From Clostridia bacterium (GTDB lineage: Bacteria; Bacillota; Clostridia; UMGS1883), in the NCBI GenBank assembly GCA_045615705.1, contig JAZLFH010000059.1:1499-65498 (forward strand): 64,000 bases of DNA. The letters run 5' to 3'. Below, piece by piece: positions 47,791-60,809 of the stretch (position 1 is its first letter; every line of letters begins with the position of its first letter). Under the pieces are notes generated by a model. That model did no database searches. It saw only the letters and a program-made list of their open reading frames with translations, and was not told where the DNA came from. The translations under genes were made by a program, and so were the position numbers.

Positions 47791-47796
47791 TTTTTA

Positions 47797-48999
47797 TTAC
47801 TGTGCAATAGATGCAACAACGCCGGAACCGACTGTTCTTCCGCCTTCACGGATAGCGAAGCGAAGACCTTCTTCAATAGCGATAGGTGTAATAAGTTCAA
47901 CATTGATTGTAACATTATCGCCGGGCATACACATTTCAACACCCTGAGGAAGTTCGATAACACCTGTAACATCTGTTGTTCTGAAATAGAACTGAGGACG
48001 ATAGTTGTTAAAGAATGGAGTATGACGGCCACCTTCGTCTTTGGTAAGAACATAAACCTCACCCTTAAACTTTGTATGAGGATTGATTGTTCCCGGTTTT
48101 GCAAGAACCTGACCTCTTTCGATTTCAGATCTCTGTACACCACGAAGAAGTGCACCGATGTTATCTCCTGCTTCTGCACTGTCAAGAAGCTTTCTGAACA
48201 TTTCGATACCTGTTACAACAACCTTTCTTCTTTCCTCTGTAAGTCCAACGATTTCAACTTCTTCAGAAAGTGTAAGGCTACCTCTTTCAACTCTACCTGT
48301 TGCAACTGTACCACGACCTGTGATTGTAAATACATCTTCAACCGGCATAAGGAACGGAAGGTCTGACTTACGCTCAGGTGTAGGAATGTATGCATCAACC
48401 TGCTCCATAAGGTCAAGGATTGGCTTATAAACAGGATCGTTGACATCTGTAGATGCAGATTCAAGAACCTGAAGAGCACTACCCTTTACAATCGGAATAT
48501 CATCTCCGGGGAATTCATATTCTGTAAGAAGTTCTCTGATTTCCATTTCAACGAGTTCCAAAAGTTCAGGATCATCAACTTGGTCAGTCTTGTTCATAAA
48601 TACAACAATGTAAGGAACACCAACCTGACGAGCAAGAAGGATATGCTCACGAGTCTGAGGCATAACACCATCAGCAGATGAAACAACCAAGATAGCACCG
48701 TCCATCTGAGCAGCACCTGTGATCATGTTCTTAACATAATCAGCGTGTCCGGGGCAGTCAACATGTGCATAGTGGCGTGTATCTGTCTGATACTCAACAT
48801 GTGCTGTGGAAATCGTGATTCCTCTTGCTTTTTCCTCGGGAGCCTTATCAATCTGGTCATAAGCTGTGAAATCTGCTTGGCCTTTCATACCAAGAACTTT
48901 TGTAATAGCTGCGGTAAGAGATGTCTTACCATGATCAACGTGCCCGATTGTACCAATGTTTACATGGGGCTTACTTCTGTCAAATTTTTCTTTTGCCAT
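47797..48999 (-). CDS. tuf: elongation factor Tu
   Basis: [26 protein letters not shown]... Confidence 0.97.
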   Translation of the reverse strand: MAKEKFDRSKPHVNIGTIGHVDHGKTSLTAAITKVLGMKGQADFTAYDQIDKAPEEKARGITISTAHVEYQTDTRHYAHVDCPGHADYVKNMITGAAQMDGAILVVSSADGVMPQTREHILLARQVGVPYIVVFMNKTDQVDDPELLELVEMEIRELLTEYEFPGDDIPIVKGSALQVLESASTDVNDPVYKPILDLMEQVDAYIPTPERKSDLPFLMPVEDVFTITGRGTVATGRVERGSLTLSEEVEIVGLTEERRKVVVTGIEMFRKLLDSAEAGDNIGALLRGVQRSEIERGQVLAKPGTINPHTKFKGEVYVLTKDEGGRHTPFFNNYRPQFYFRTTDVTGVIELPQGVEMCMPGDNVTINVELITPIAIEEGLRFAIREGGRTVGSGVVASIAQ

Positions 49000-49074
49000 T
49001 TTAAATTCCTCCTTATATGAGTAAAAATAATTAATTCTGTGTACATTGTACTACACTTGTCTTAAAAAAGCAAC

Positions 49075-51150
49075 TTATTTTTTAATAAGTCCTTCTGCAA
49101 TGTTTTTGGGTACCAAATCATAGTGGCTCGGACTCATACTGTATGATGCACGACCCTGAGTCTTGCTTCGAAGGTCTGTTGCATAACCGAACATTTCGCT
49201 GAGCGGAACATAAGCACTGATTGCCTGTGCTCCTCCCTGTGCTTCCATACCCAAAATCTTACCACGGCGTGAGTTAAGATCTCCTATTACATCACCCATG
49301 TATTCTTCAGGCACAGATACATCAACCTTCATAATAGGTTCTTTCAAAACGGGGTCTGCCTTACGGCAACCTTCTTTAAATGCCATAGAACCTGCAATCT
49401 TGAATGCCATTTCGGAAGAGTCAACCTCGTGATAAGAACCGTCATAAAGAGTTACACGGACATCAACAACATTGTATCCTGCCAAAACACCGCTTTGCAT
49501 TGCTCCCTGAACACCCGCATCAACCGCAGGAATGTATTCCTTGGGAACAGCACCGCCGACAATCTTATTAACAAATTCATATCCCTTACCTGCTTCAAGT
49601 GGTTCAAGTTCCAAGAATACATGACCGTACTGTCCTTTACCACCTGACTGACGAGCATATTTATGCTCAATCTTAACAGACTTTGTGATTGTTTCTTTAT
49701 AAGATACCTGCGGCTTACCTACATTTGCTTCAACCTTAAATTCACGAAGCAATCTGTCTACGATAATTTCAAGATGCAACTCGCCCATACCTGCAATGAT
49801 CGTCTGACCCGTTTCTTCATCCGTGTAAGTTTTAAATGTCGGGTCTTCTTCAGCAAGTTTTGCCAAAGCGATACTCATCTTTTCCTGTCCTGCTTTTGTC
49901 TTAGGTTCAATAGCAACACGAATAACAGGATCCGGGAACTCCATTGATTCAAGAATAATCGGATTGTCAACATCACAAAGCGTATCACCTGTTGTGGTGT
50001 TTTTAAGTCCGACTGCTGCTGCAATATCACCGGAGTGTACTTCTTCAATGTCTTCACGGTGGTTAGCATGCATCTTTAAAATTCTTCCGAGTCTTTCACG
50101 GTTGTCCTTTGTGCTGTTAAGAACATAAGAACCGCTTGTTACTGTACCGGAGTAAACTCTGAAGAAACAAAGTTTTCCTACAAACGGATCAGTAACTATC
50201 TTGAATGCAAGTGCAGAAAAAGGTGCATTGTCATCTGCATGACGCTCTGCTTCCTCGTCAGTCTTGGGGTCTGTACCCTTAATTGCGGGAATATCAAGTG
50301 GGGACGGCATATACTCAACAACTGCGTCAAGAAGTTTCTGCACGCCCTTGTTACGATATGAAGTACCGCAAAGAACGGGAATCATCTCAACCGATGTTGT
50401 AGCCTTTCTGATACCACGCTTAATTTCTTCTTCTGTAAGTTCTTCGCCTTCAAGATATTTTTCCATCAAATCTTCATTGCATTCTGCAATAGATTCAATC
50501 ATATTAAAGCGGTATTCCTCTGCTTTTTCACGCATATCTTCGGGAATTTCTTCAACACGAACATCGTTTCCGAGTTCATCGTAGTAGACATACGCCTTCA
50601 TTTCAATAAGGTCGATTAAACCTTTAAAGGATTCTTCTGCTCCAATAGGAAGTTGAATCGGAACTGCATTGCAGTGAAGTCTGTCGTGCATCATTTTTAC
50701 AACATTGTAAAAATCTGCACCCATAATATCCATTTTGTTTACATAAGCCATTCTGGGAACGCCGTACTTATCAGCCTGACGCCACACAGTTTCGCTCTGA
50801 GGCTCAACGCCACCTTTTGCACAAAATACAGTAACACTGCCGTCAAGTACACGAAGTGAACGCTCAACCTCAACGGTAAAGTCAACATGGCCGGGTGTAT
50901 CAATGATATTGATAAGATGACCTTTCCATTGAGCTGTTGTAGCAGCAGATGTGATTGTAATACCACGCTCTTGTTCCTGCTCCATCCAGTCCATCTGTGC
51001 CGCACCCTCGTGAGTTTCGCCGATTTTGTGGATACGACCTGTATAGAACAAGATACGCTCAGTAGTTGTTGTCTTACCTGCATCGATATGAGCCATGATG
51101 CCTATATTTCTTGTTTTTTCAAGTGGGAACTGTCTGCTCAAAATACTCAC
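49075..51150 (-). CDS. fusA: elongation factor G
   Basis: [26 protein letters not shown]..., 691 aa. Confidence 0.97.
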   Translation of the reverse strand: MSILSRQFPLEKTRNIGIMAHIDAGKTTTTERILFYTGRIHKIGETHEGAAQMDWMEQEQERGITITSAATTAQWKGHLINIIDTPGHVDFTVEVERSLRVLDGSVTVFCAKGGVEPQSETVWRQADKYGVPRMAYVNKMDIMGADFYNVVKMMHDRLHCNAVPIQLPIGAEESFKGLIDLIEMKAYVYYDELGNDVRVEEIPEDMREKAEEYRFNMIESIAECNEDLMEKYLEGEELTEEEIKRGIRKATTSVEMIPVLCGTSYRNKGVQKLLDAVVEYMPSPLDIPAIKGTDPKTDEEAERHADDNAPFSALAFKIVTDPFVGKLCFFRVYSGTVTSGSYVLNSTKDNRERLGRILKMHANHREDIEEVHSGDIAAAVGLKNTTTGDTLCDVDNPIILESMEFPDPVIRVAIEPKTKAGQEKMSIALAKLAEEDPTFKTYTDEETGQTIIAGMGELHLEIIVDRLLREFKVEANVGKPQVSYKETITKSVKIEHKYARQSGGKGQYGHVFLELEPLEAGKGYEFVNKIVGGAVPKEYIPAVDAGVQGAMQSGVLAGYNVVDVRVTLYDGSYHEVDSSEMAFKIAGSMAFKEGCRKADPVLKEPIMKVDVSVPEEYMGDVIGDLNSRRGKILGMEAQGGAQAISAYVPLSEMFGYATDLRSKTQGRASYSMSPSHYDLVPKNIAEGLIKK

Positions 51151-51171
51151 CCTACTTTCTGTCTTGTAATT

Positions 51172-51642
51172 TTACCATCTGTAATGTGCAAAAGCTCTGT
51201 TTGCTTCTGCCATCTTGTGAGTTTCTTCTCTCTTCTTGACAGATCCGCCAAGTCCGTTGACGGCATCAAGAATTTCGCCTGCCAAACGCTCTCTCATTGT
51301 CTTTTCGCTTCTCGCTCTTGAGTAAGTTGTGAGCCAACGAAGACCAAGCGTTTGTCTTCTCTCTGGGCGAACCTCCATAGGAACCTGGTAAGTTGCACCA
51401 CCAACTCTGCGAGCTTTAACTTCAAGCAAAGGCATAATATTGTCCATTGCCTGACGGAAAACTTCAAGTGCATCCTTGCCGGTCTTTTCTTTTATGATTT
51501 CAAATGCATCATAAACAATTTTTTGTGCTACACCCTTCTTACCGTCAAGCATTATATTGTTGATAAGACGAGTAACAACCTTATCGTTGTACACCGGATC
51601 GGGTAACACATCTCTTTTGGGAATAAAACCTCTTCTCGGCAC
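51172..51642 (-). CDS. rpsG: 30S ribosomal protein S7
   Basis: [19 protein letters not shown]... after a GTG start at 51642, with an AGGAGGG ribosome-binding site. Confidence 0.9.
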   Translation of the reverse strand: MPRRGFIPKRDVLPDPVYNDKVVTRLINNIMLDGKKGVAQKIVYDAFEIIKEKTGKDALEVFRQAMDNIMPLLEVKARRVGGATYQVPMEVRPERRQTLGLRWLTTYSRARSEKTMRERLAGEILDAVNGLGGSVKKREETHKMAEANRAFAHYRW

Positions 51643-51766
51643 TATTCTTCCCTCCTTCATAAAATTTTAATGAATTCACAGGTACTCTGCGATTTCTCGC
51701 AGTCAGTGCAACAGCAGTATATAAAATCCGCACATCGCACTATTATACTTCGCACGGAGTAGTAAA

Positions 51767-52177
51767 TTACTTAGGTCTCTTTGCGCCGTACTTGGATCTG
51801 CCCTGTTTTCTCGTTGCTACACCTGCTGTATCAAGCGTACCGCGAATAACATGGTATCTGACACCGGGCAAGTCCTTAACTCTTCCTCCACGAATAAGAA
51901 CAACGCTATGCTCCTGAAGGTTATGTCCTACTCCCGGAATGTAACTTGTAACTTCCATTCCGTTTGAAAGTCTTACTCTTGCTACTTTACGAAGTGCAGA
52001 GTTAGGCTTTTTGGGAGTTCTTGTCATAACATTAGTGCAAACGCCTCTCTTTTGAGGAGAACTCTGGTCAGTCGGGCTCTTTTTTAAGGAGTTAAGTCCT
52101 TTTTGAAGAGCGGGAGCAGTTGACTTATAAATAGCTGTTTCCCTGCCTTTTCTGACTAACTGATTAAATGTCGGCAT
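51767..52177 (-). CDS. rpsL: 30S ribosomal protein S12
   Basis: [13 protein letters not shown]...[11 protein letters not shown]... Confidence 0.92.
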   Translation of the reverse strand: MPTFNQLVRKGRETAIYKSTAPALQKGLNSLKKSPTDQSSPQKRGVCTNVMTRTPKKPNSALRKVARVRLSNGMEVTSYIPGVGHNLQEHSVVLIRGGRVKDLPGVRYHVIRGTLDTAGVATRKQGRSKYGAKRPK

Positions 52178-52305
52178 GTATTTTTTCACCTCCAAACACA
52201 AAATTTTTCCGCACCTTTCGGCACGAATAGTTATTATATATGACAAATTGCACATTGTCAAGGCAAAATGTAATTTTGGCATTTTGCCTTGACTTTACAA
52301 TTTTA

Positions 52306-55300
52306 TCAATAAACGAAATCTTTTGCAAAATCTGCAAAATAACTGTCCGGAAGTCTTGTTTCGACTTCTACATCGCTGTATATCGGAACGCCTGTTCCTG
52401 CCGGAATAAGTTTACCGATAATAACATTTTCTTTAAGACCGACAAGCGGGTCAACCTTACCCTTTATGGCAGCATCTGTAAGAACTCTTGTTGTTTCCTG
52501 GAACGATGCCGCTGAAAGGAATGAATCTGTTGCAAGTGCCGCCTTTGTGATACCTAAGAGCATTTCTTTTCCTACCGGCGGATTTTTGCCCTCTGCATTG
52601 CACTTATCAATCGCTTCATTGTAGTCAACTCTGTCTACTGTATCACTCTTTAAGAATGATGAATCGCCCGGGTCCTCGATCCTGATTTTTCTCATCATCT
52701 GGCGAACGATAACTTCGATATGCTTATCCGAAATATCAACAGCCTGTGAACGATAAACTCTTTGAACTTCCTTTACGAGATACTGCTGAACTGCAACAGG
52801 TCCCTTAATTCTGAGTATATCATGCGGATTTATGCTACCGACAGTCAAAGGATCGCCTGCTTCAACCGTTTTAACCGTTCCTTCCGAAATTTCCGGACGA
52901 ATAACCGAGCCAAACGGAATAAGATATGTCATTGATTCCTTTGTTTCTTCGTCTGTTACGACTATTTCTGTCTTGTTTTGTGTAGTATTAATGTCAACAG
53001 TACCTGAAATTTCGGTAACGATTGCCTGACCTTTTGGCTTTCTCGATTCAAAAAGTTCTTCAACACGAGGAAGACCCTGAGTAATATCGTCTCCTGCAAC
53101 ACCACCGGTGTGGAATGTTCTCATTGTAAGCTGTGTACCGGGTTCACCGATTGACTGAGCCGCAATAATTCCGACTGCTTCGCCGATATTGACGGGAACA
53201 TTACCGTATGCAAGGTTTGCTCCGTAACAATGGGCACAAACACCGACTTTTGAACGGCAACGAAGCACACTTCTGATTTTTACTTTTTCAATTCCGGCAT
53301 CGCAGATGGCTTTTGCATCGGCATCGCTCATGAGTTTGTTCTTGGGAACAATAACATTTCCTTTTGAATCCAAAACATCTACTGCGGTAGTTCTTCCTAC
53401 CAAACGGTCGTAAAGATTTTCAATAACTTCTTTACCGTCCCTGATTTCCTCAACATCTATACCGTCTTCTGTTCCGCAATCAATTTCACGAATAATAACA
53501 TCTTGCGAAACATCAACCAATCTTCTCGTAAGATAACCCGAGTCGGCAGTACGAAGAGCGGTATCTGCAAGACCTTTTCTTGCACCGTGGGTAGAAATGA
53601 AATATTCAAGTATGTTAAGACCTTCACGGAATGAAGCCCTGATGGGAATCTCAATCGTTTTACCCTGAGTATTCGCCATAAGTCCACGCATACCTGCAAG
53701 CTGTCTTATCTGATTTATGCTACCACGAGCACCGGAGTTTGCCATCATGTAGATAGGATTAAAGCGGTCAAGGTTTTCCATAAGTGCATTTGTAACCTTT
53801 TCGTTTGCCTGTTGCCAAATTCCTATAACTTGTTTGTATCTTTCTTCATCAGTCAAGAAGCCCATTTGATAACTGTCATTAACAACTTCGATTTCTTCTT
53901 CTGCCTCTTGCAGGAATTGTTTCTTGGATGCCGGAATTTCCATGTCGGATACGCTGATTGTAATTGCCCCTCTTGTTGAATACTTAAAGCCCAATGACTT
54001 AATGCTGTCCAAAACTTCTGCCGTCTTTGTTGTGCCGTGGATTCTTATGCAATTATCAACAATTTTTCCGAGTTTTTTCTTGTCAACCAAGAACATAACT
54101 TCCAAATCAAAGAAATTATCGGGATTGCTTCTGTCAACAAATCCGAGGTCCTGCGGAATCTTTTCGTTGAAAATAAGGCGTCCGACTGTTGCATCAATAA
54201 GTTTTTTCTCTATCTTTCCGTTTCGCTCTTTTTCAACTATTACCTTAATCGGAGCGTGAAGTCCTACATCTTTATTTTCGTAAGCTAAAATTGCTTCTGT
54301 TACACTTGAAAACTGCTTTCCTACTCCGGGTTCATCATCACGGTCAATTGTAAGGTAGTAACTTCCCAAAACCATATCCTGTGTAGGAACCGTTACGGGA
54401 CGACCGTCCTGAGGTTTTAACAAGTTGTTTGCACTGAGCATCAAAAATCTTGCTTCACTCTGTGCCTCGGGAGAAAGCGGTACATGAACAGCCATCTGAT
54501 CGCCATCGAAGTCAGCATTATAAGCCGTACATACAAGCGGATGCAAACGAAGTGCTCTTCCTTCGACCAAAATAGGCTCAAATGCCTGAATGCCAAGACG
54601 GTGAAGCGTAGGTGCACGGTTTAAAAGAACCGGATGTTCTTTTATAACATCATCCAATACATCCCAAACCTCTGTTCTCGCTCTTTCAACCATACGCTTT
54701 GCACTCTTAATATTGTGAGCACTCTGGCGTTCAACAAGTTTTTTCATTACGAAAGGCTTGAAAAGTTCAAGTGCCATTTCCTTGGGAAGACCGCACTGAT
54801 AAATTTTAAGTTCGGGTCCTACAACGATAACGCTACGACCTGAATAGTCAACACGCTTACCCAAAAGGTTCTGACGGAATCTTCCCTGCTTACCTTTAAG
54901 CATATCGGAAAGTGATTTTAAAGCACGATTTCCGGGGCCTGTAACAGGTCTTCCTCTTCTGCCGTTATCAATAAGTGCGTCAACCGCTTCTTGGAGCATT
55001 CTTTTCTCGTTACGAACGATAATTTCGGGAGCAGAAAGTTCCAAAAGTCTTTTTAAGCGGTTATTTCTGTTTATTACTCGTCTGTAAAGGTCGTTTAAGT
55101 CGCTCGTGGCAAATCTTCCGCCATCAAGTTGTACCATAGGGCGAATTTCGGGCGGAATTACCGGAATTGCTTCAAGAATCATCCACTCGGGACGATTGTT
55201 TGACTTACGAAATGCTTCCGCAACTTCAAGTCTTTTTGCAATCTTAGTTTCCTTCTGACCCGATGACTCCTGAAGTTCTTGATGAAGTTCATCGCAAAGT

Positions 55301-55857
55301 TTATCAAGGTCAATTTCCTCTAAAAGTTCCTTTATTGCCTCTGCACCCATACCTGCACGGAATCTGTCGCCGTACTTTTCACGAGCCTGGGTATATTCAA
55401 GTTCCGTAAGAGTTTGATATTTTTCAAGATCTCGTGCCGAACCCGGGTCAATAACTATATACTGTGCAAAGTAGAGGACTTTTTCCAAAACCTTGGGCGA
55501 AATATTAAGCATAAGACCGATTCTGCTCGGAATACCTTTAAAATACCATATATGCGACACAGGAGCTGCAAGTTCAATGTGTCCCATTCTCTCTCTTCTG
55601 ACCTTTGCTCTTGTAACTTCAACACCGCAACGGTCACAGATTACACCCTTATAGCGTATTCTTTTATATTTTCCGCAATGACATTCCCAGTCCTTCTGCG
55701 GTCCGAAAATCTTTTCACAAAAAAGTCCGTCCCGCTCAGGTTTAAGTGTTCTGTAATTGATTGTTTCGGGTTTCTTTACTTCGCCGTATGACCATTCCCT
55801 AATCTTTTCGGGAGAAGCAAGTCCGATTTGGATAGATTCAAAAGTATTAAATTCCAT
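52306..55857 (-). CDS. rpoC: DNA-directed RNA polymerase subunit beta'
   Basis: Zn-finger [20 protein letters not shown] and the catalytic [12 protein letters not shown]; 1183 aa. Confidence 0.97.
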   Translation of the reverse strand: MEFNTFESIQIGLASPEKIREWSYGEVKKPETINYRTLKPERDGLFCEKIFGPQKDWECHCGKYKRIRYKGVICDRCGVEVTRAKVRRERMGHIELAAPVSHIWYFKGIPSRIGLMLNISPKVLEKVLYFAQYIVIDPGSARDLEKYQTLTELEYTQAREKYGDRFRAGMGAEAIKELLEEIDLDKLCDELHQELQESSGQKETKIAKRLEVAEAFRKSNNRPEWMILEAIPVIPPEIRPMVQLDGGRFATSDLNDLYRRVINRNNRLKRLLELSAPEIIVRNEKRMLQEAVDALIDNGRRGRPVTGPGNRALKSLSDMLKGKQGRFRQNLLGKRVDYSGRSVIVVGPELKIYQCGLPKEMALELFKPFVMKKLVERQSAHNIKSAKRMVERARTEVWDVLDDVIKEHPVLLNRAPTLHRLGIQAFEPILVEGRALRLHPLVCTAYNADFDGDQMAVHVPLSPEAQSEARFLMLSANNLLKPQDGRPVTVPTQDMVLGSYYLTIDRDDEPGVGKQFSSVTEAILAYENKDVGLHAPIKVIVEKERNGKIEKKLIDATVGRLIFNEKIPQDLGFVDRSNPDNFFDLEVMFLVDKKKLGKIVDNCIRIHGTTKTAEVLDSIKSLGFKYSTRGAITISVSDMEIPASKKQFLQEAEEEIEVVNDSYQMGFLTDEERYKQVIGIWQQANEKVTNALMENLDRFNPIYMMANSGARGSINQIRQLAGMRGLMANTQGKTIEIPIRASFREGLNILEYFISTHGARKGLADTALRTADSGYLTRRLVDVSQDVIIREIDCGTEDGIDVEEIRDGKEVIENLYDRLVGRTTAVDVLDSKGNVIVPKNKLMSDADAKAICDAGIEKVKIRSVLRCRSKVGVCAHCYGANLAYGNVPVNIGEAVGIIAAQSIGEPGTQLTMRTFHTGGVAGDDITQGLPRVEELFESRKPKGQAIVTEISGTVDINTTQNKTEIVVTDEETKESMTYLIPFGSVIRPEISEGTVKTVEAGDPLTVGSINPHDILRIKGPVAVQQYLVKEVQRVYRSQAVDISDKHIEVIVRQMMRKIRIEDPGDSSFLKSDTVDRVDYNEAIDKCNAEGKNPPVGKEMLLGITKAALATDSFLSAASFQETTRVLTDAAIKGKVDPLVGLKENVIIGKLIPAGTGVPIYSDVEVETRLPDSYFADFAKDFVY

Positions 55858-55859
55858 AA

Positions 55860-58800
55860 TTACTCATCCTCCCCTTCATCCGAAAAATCGCCGTCAAAAT
55901 CAACATCTGTAAAATCTTCATCAATATAATCGTCTTGTTCTTCATTTTCCGATGGTTCTTCAAAAAGGTCTCTCATGATTGCATCTTCATCGCCCTCCGG
56001 TGTAACTTCCGTGTAGCCGTTAGGTGCTCCATCGTTTACTACGAACATATCATCTTTGTAATCGTCCATTGTCGGCTCATCATCATCAAATGTTTCTTTA
56101 AGTTCTATTACATTGTTATCGCCGTCTAAAACATTTACATCAAGAGCCAAAGATTGAAGTTCTTTAATCAAAACCTTAAACGATTCGGGAATTCCGGGTT
56201 TAGGAACATTCTCACCTTTTACAATTGCTTCGTATGTCTTAACACGACCGACAACATCGTCCGACTTAACCGTAAGAATTTCTTGAAGTGTATAAGCAGC
56301 ACCGTACGCTTCAAGAGCCCAAACTTCCATTTCACCGAAACGCTGACCGCCAAACTGTGCTTTACCGCCGAGCGGCTGTTGAGTTACAAGCGAGTAAGGT
56401 CCTGTTGAACGAGCGTGAATTTTATCATCAACCAAGTGATGGAGTTTTAAGAAATACATATATCCAACCGTTACTCTGTTGTCAAACGGTTCGCCGGTTC
56501 TTCCGTCATAAAGAACAGTCTTTCCGTCTTCCGAAAGTCCTGCGTCTTTAAGAAGTGTGGCAATATCTTCTTCATTTGCTCCGTCAAAAACAGGAGTTGC
56601 AACCTTAAAGCCAAGTTGTTTTGCCGCCATTCCGAGGTGAACCTCCAAAACCTGACCGATGTTCATACGAGACGGAACACCAAGCGGATTTAATACGAGG
56701 TCAAGCGTTCTGCCATCAGGAAGGAAAGGCATATCTTCTTCGGGAAGTATTCTCGAAACTACACCCTTGTTTCCATGACGACCTGCCATCTTATCACCGA
56801 CAGAAATCTTACGCTTCTGTGCTATATAGCATCTTACAACCTGATTTACTCCCGGAGAAAGTTCGTCTCCGTTTTCGCGAGTAAACACCTTAACATCAAC
56901 TATGATACCCGCTTCGCCGTGAGGGACTCGAAGAGATGTATCTCTAACCTCTCGTGCTTTCTCTCCGAAAATTGCACGAAGAAGTCTTTCTTCGGGTGTG
57001 AGTTCGGTTTCTCCCTTGGGAGTTACTTTACCTACCAATATGTCGCCCGAACGAACCTCGGCACCGACTCTTATGATACCTCTCTCATCAAGGTCTTTTA
57101 ATGCATCTTCGCCGACATTCGGAATATCTCTTGTGATTTCCTCGGGTCCGAGTTTTGTATCTCTTGATTCCGATTCATATTCTTCAATATGAACAGATGT
57201 GAATACATCATCTCTTACAAGACGCTCGTTAATAAGGATAGCGTCTTCGTAGTTGTAACCTTCCCATGTAACAAATCCTATTAATACATTCTTACCGAGA
57301 GCAAGTTCTCCGTTTGCCGTTGCCGGACCGTCTGCGATAATATCGCCTGCCTTAACCTTTTCCCCTGTTTCAACAATGGGACGCTGGTTTACACAAGTAC
57401 CCTGGTTAGAACGGTTAAATTTATGAACGAGATATGAATCTCTCTTTCCGTCTTTTGTCTTAATCGTAATGTTGTCTGCACTGACCTTTTCAACAACGCC
57501 GTCATGCTTTGCGGTAATCGTAACACCGGAATCCTTGGCAGCCGTATATTCAATACCGGTACCGATAATAGGTGATTCGGTCTTTAAAAGCGGAACTGCC
57601 TGACGCTGCATGTTTGAACCCATAAGTGCTCGGTTAGCGTCATCGTTTTCAAGGAAAGGAATCATAGCCGTTGCAACGGACACAACCTGACGAGGAGATA
57701 CATCCATATAGTCAACATCTCCTGCCGGAACTTCTAAGATTTCCTCTTTATATCTTGCGGCAACCTTTTTCTTTTCAAACTTGCCGTTTTTGTCCATTGG
57801 CTCGTTAGCCTGAGCAATGATGTATTCATCTTCAATATCTGCTGTCATATATTCTATTTCATCGGTTACAATTCCCTTGCCTTTTATAACCTTACGATAA
57901 GGCGACTCAATAAAGCCGTACTCATTTATCTTTGCAAAGGTTGAAAGTGAACTGATAAGACCGATGTTCGGACCTTCGGGAGTTTCTATGGGACACATTC
58001 TTCCATAGTGAGTGTAGTGAACATCTCGAACCTGGAAACCTGCTCTTTCTCTTGAAAGACCGCCGGGTCCCAAAGCAGAAAGTCTTCTTTTATGAGTAAG
58101 TTCTCCCAACGGGTTTGTTTGATCCATAAACTGAGAAAGTTGTGATGAACCGAAAAATTCTTTAATTGTTGCAACTACCGGTCGGGTGTTGATGAGTGTC
58201 TGAGGCATTACAACATCAAGTTCCTGAACGCTCATTCTTTCTCTTACGCCACGCTCCATACGAGCAAGACCGATTCTGAACTGGTTCTGTAAGAGTTCTC
58301 CTACTCCGCGAAGGCGTCTGTTTCCCAGATGGTCAATATCATCATCACTGCCGATACCGTAAGAAAGGTTACAGCAATAGTTGATTGATGAAAAAATATC
58401 GTCAATGGTGATATGTTTCGGAACAAGTTCATCTATGCGAAGGCGAACTGCTCTTCTTATATCTTCTTCGCTTTCGTTCTGTGCTAAAATTTCTTCCAAT
58501 ACGCTTCTTGAAACCTTTTCATTTACCGTATCCGAAAAATCCAATCCGGTAAACACATTAATGTCAACCATATTATTGGAAAATACAACTACTTCTTTGT
58601 CTTCAACCGAGAGAACAACACGATTAACGCCTGCTTTTTCGATTGCCAAAGCAGTTTCTCTGTCTATAACTTCGCCTTTTTTAGCCAAGATTTCACCGGT
58701 TGACTCGTCAACAATATTTTTAGCAGGTATTTGACCCTCTATGCGGGAAGCAATGGCAAGTTTCTTGTTGTACTTGTATCTTCCCACTTTTGCAAGGTCA

Positions 58801-59603
58801 TAACGCTTGGGGTCAAACAAAAGACCGCAAAGAAGCGAGTTTGCACTGTCAAATGTCGGAGGATCTCCCGGACGCAAACGCTTGTAAATTTCAAAAAGTG
58901 CCTCTTCCTGGTTCTTTGTAATATCTTTTTCAAATGTTGCCAAAAGTTTTGGTTCATCGCCGAAAAGTTCTAAAATCTCGTGTTCAAACTGAATACCCAA
59001 CGCTTTGATTAATACGGTAACGGGTACTTTTCTTGTACGGTCTATGCGTACATAAAAAACATCGTTTGAATCTGTTTCATACTCAAGCCATGCTCCACGG
59101 TTTGGAATAACTGTGGAATTTATGAGTTTTTTGGCAAACTTGTCAAACTTCTGTTCGTAATAGATACCGGGTGAACGAACAAGCTGTGTAACAATAACAC
59201 GCTCGGCACCGTTTATGATGAAAGTGCCTTGGTCTGTCATTATAGGAAACTCACCCATGAAAATTTCCTGTTCTTTAATTTCGCCTGTTTCTTGATTAAT
59301 GAGTCTGACTCTGCAACGAAGAGGAGCGGCGTAGTTTGTATCACGCTCTTTACACTCTTCAATAGTGTATTTAGGCTCTTCGTCCATTCTGTAATCAATA
59401 AATTCAAGTACAAGTTTTCCCGAATAATCGGTAATCGGAGAAACATCATGGAATACTTCCATTATGCCCTTTTCCAAAAACCACTTGTATGAATCTTTCT
59501 GCAATGCTATCAAATTGGGCATTTCCAAGACTTCGTCAATCTTGGCAAATGTCATACGCTCATTTTTGCCGAGTTTTATCGGATGCGGACGCAAAAAAAT
59601 CAC
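55860..59603 (-). CDS. rpoB: DNA-directed RNA polymerase subunit beta
   Basis: 1247 aa; the start codon is uncertain (GTG/TTG near 59594..59603). Confidence 0.95.
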   Translation of the reverse strand: MIFLRPHPIKLGKNERMTFAKIDEVLEMPNLIALQKDSYKWFLEKGIMEVFHDVSPITDYSGKLVLEFIDYRMDEEPKYTIEECKERDTNYAAPLRCRVRLINQETGEIKEQEIFMGEFPIMTDQGTFIINGAERVIVTQLVRSPGIYYEQKFDKFAKKLINSTVIPNRGAWLEYETDSNDVFYVRIDRTRKVPVTVLIKALGIQFEHEILELFGDEPKLLATFEKDITKNQEEALFEIYKRLRPGDPPTFDSANSLLCGLLFDPKRYDLAKVGRYKYNKKLAIASRIEGQIPAKNIVDESTGEILAKKGEVIDRETALAIEKAGVNRVVLSVEDKEVVVFSNNMVDINVFTGLDFSDTVNEKVSRSVLEEILAQNESEEDIRRAVRLRIDELVPKHITIDDIFSSINYCCNLSYGIGSDDDIDHLGNRRLRGVGELLQNQFRIGLARMERGVRERMSVQELDVVMPQTLINTRPVVATIKEFFGSSQLSQFMDQTNPLGELTHKRRLSALGPGGLSRERAGFQVRDVHYTHYGRMCPIETPEGPNIGLISSLSTFAKINEYGFIESPYRKVIKGKGIVTDEIEYMTADIEDEYIIAQANEPMDKNGKFEKKKVAARYKEEILEVPAGDVDYMDVSPRQVVSVATAMIPFLENDDANRALMGSNMQRQAVPLLKTESPIIGTGIEYTAAKDSGVTITAKHDGVVEKVSADNITIKTKDGKRDSYLVHKFNRSNQGTCVNQRPIVETGEKVKAGDIIADGPATANGELALGKNVLIGFVTWEGYNYEDAILINERLVRDDVFTSVHIEEYESESRDTKLGPEEITRDIPNVGEDALKDLDERGIIRVGAEVRSGDILVGKVTPKGETELTPEERLLRAIFGEKAREVRDTSLRVPHGEAGIIVDVKVFTRENGDELSPGVNQVVRCYIAQKRKISVGDKMAGRHGNKGVVSRILPEEDMPFLPDGRTLDLVLNPLGVPSRMNIGQVLEVHLGMAAKQLGFKVATPVFDGANEEDIATLLKDAGLSEDGKTVLYDGRTGEPFDNRVTVGYMYFLKLHHLVDDKIHARSTGPYSLVTQQPLGGKAQFGGQRFGEMEVWALEAYGAAYTLQEILTVKSDDVVGRVKTYEAIVKGENVPKPGIPESFKVLIKELQSLALDVNVLDGDNNVIELKETFDDDEPTMDDYKDDMFVVNDGAPNGYTEVTPEGDEDAIMRDLFEEPSENEEQDDYIDEDFTDVDFDGDFSDEGEDE

Positions 59604-59796
59604 CTCGTAAAAAATTTTTGTGCATTCGAGAGTGTGCTATTTCAGTCCCTCTATCAAGTATATACCGTTATAGAATGTACGGTATATGTCATGTACGCAC
59701 AGTATAGAATGTACTGTACATAAGGGAATAAGCGACAAAAACGGAGCTTCTTATATAAATAAGAAGACACACGCTCCCACTATGATGCAGGTTATC

Positions 59797-59825
59797 ATAT
59801 TAACATACATTTTTTGGCTTGTCAA
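59797..59825 (-). promoter_or_regulatory. candidate sigma-A promoter (TTGACA-17-TAATAT) for the rpoB leader
   Basis: The minus strand reads TTGACAagccaaaaaatgtatgtTAATAT, just downstream of the ogg terminator hairpin. Confidence 0.35.
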
Positions 59826-59893
59826 CTTTTATTTTGAAATTTTGTAAAAATCGGATAAAAAAAATAAAGGTTTCAATCTTAACCTTTATTTTT

Positions 59894-60712
59894 TTACTTT
59901 GCTTTAAGATTTTTTCGCCAATAAAAGAGGTATTGCTGAGCAAAACCGCTGTACTTACCGAACATTTTTTCGCCGGTTTCTTTGGCAAATTCGGTATCAA
60001 AATTTTCTTTCATGACCCTTTTTATCCACACATCGCTTGGAAAAAGGTCGTATTTTCCAAGTGAAAACAAAAGAATGCAATCGCAGACTTTATCGCCTAC
60101 TCCGAAAAGTTTCAGGAGCCTTTTTCTCGCATCTTGAACGCTCATTTTCAAAAGTTCATCTTCATCAAGACTTTTATTTATAACTTCATCCACCGCTTTA
60201 ACTATATATTTTGCCCTATATCCCGCTCCCAAGTCCATAAGGTCTTTCTCGGTGGCTTTTTTTAAACTTTCGGGAGTTGGAAACGCATAGTAAGTTTTAT
60301 TCTCAAAAAGAATTTCTTCGCCGTATGCTTTTGAAACGGAATTTACTATTTTTTTTATTCTTGAAATATTATTTTGTTGGGAAATAATAAAAGATATAAG
60401 TGCTTCAAAAAAATCCTGTTTTAAAATTCGTATTCCTTTACCGTACTCTACCGCTTCTTCCATCATTTTATTTATACTGACCGCTTTTTTTATTTCTTCG
60501 TAATTTCTTTTTAAATCAAAGTACTCTTCCCATATTTTTTCATCTTTTTCATCACATTCTATTATTATTTTATTTTTTTCTTCTTTTACTCGTATAACCT
60601 TTGAATGTGCAATTCCAATGTATGAATTTTCGCTTTCTTTTTCCCAACGGAAACACTGTCCGCACTCAAAAGTATCTTTTAAATTAAAACTGTTTTTATC
60701 CAACAAAAGCAT
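59894..60712 (-). CDS. 8-oxoguanine DNA glycosylase / DNA lyase (Ogg, HhH-GPD superfamily)
   Basis: MLLLDKNSFNLKDTFECGQCFRW is an OGG N-domain start. The HhH-GPD region is LFGVGDKVCDCILLFSLGKYDLFPSDVW. The start is the ATG at 60712 with an AAGGAGGTGA ribosome-binding site, so the 5' extension in the ORF track is spurious. Confidence 0.75.
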   Translation of the reverse strand: MLLLDKNSFNLKDTFECGQCFRWEKESENSYIGIAHSKVIRVKEEKNKIIIECDEKDEKIWEEYFDLKRNYEEIKKAVSINKMMEEAVEYGKGIRILKQDFFEALISFIISQQNNISRIKKIVNSVSKAYGEEILFENKTYYAFPTPESLKKATEKDLMDLGAGYRAKYIVKAVDEVINKSLDEDELLKMSVQDARKRLLKLFGVGDKVCDCILLFSLGKYDLFPSDVWIKRVMKENFDTEFAKETGEKMFGKYSGFAQQYLFYWRKNLKAK

Positions 60713-60809
60713 AAAATCACCTCCTTTTATATTAGCATATATGAAGGGATAAATCAATGGTTTAAAAATTACATATCGGCACATAATAGAGCATGAAGGA
60801 GTGATTTTT

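Noticed and set aside
52832-59492. Numerous 60-120-aa ORFs on both strands within rpoB/rpoC
   Set aside because: They are internal or antisense to highly conserved RNA polymerase genes.
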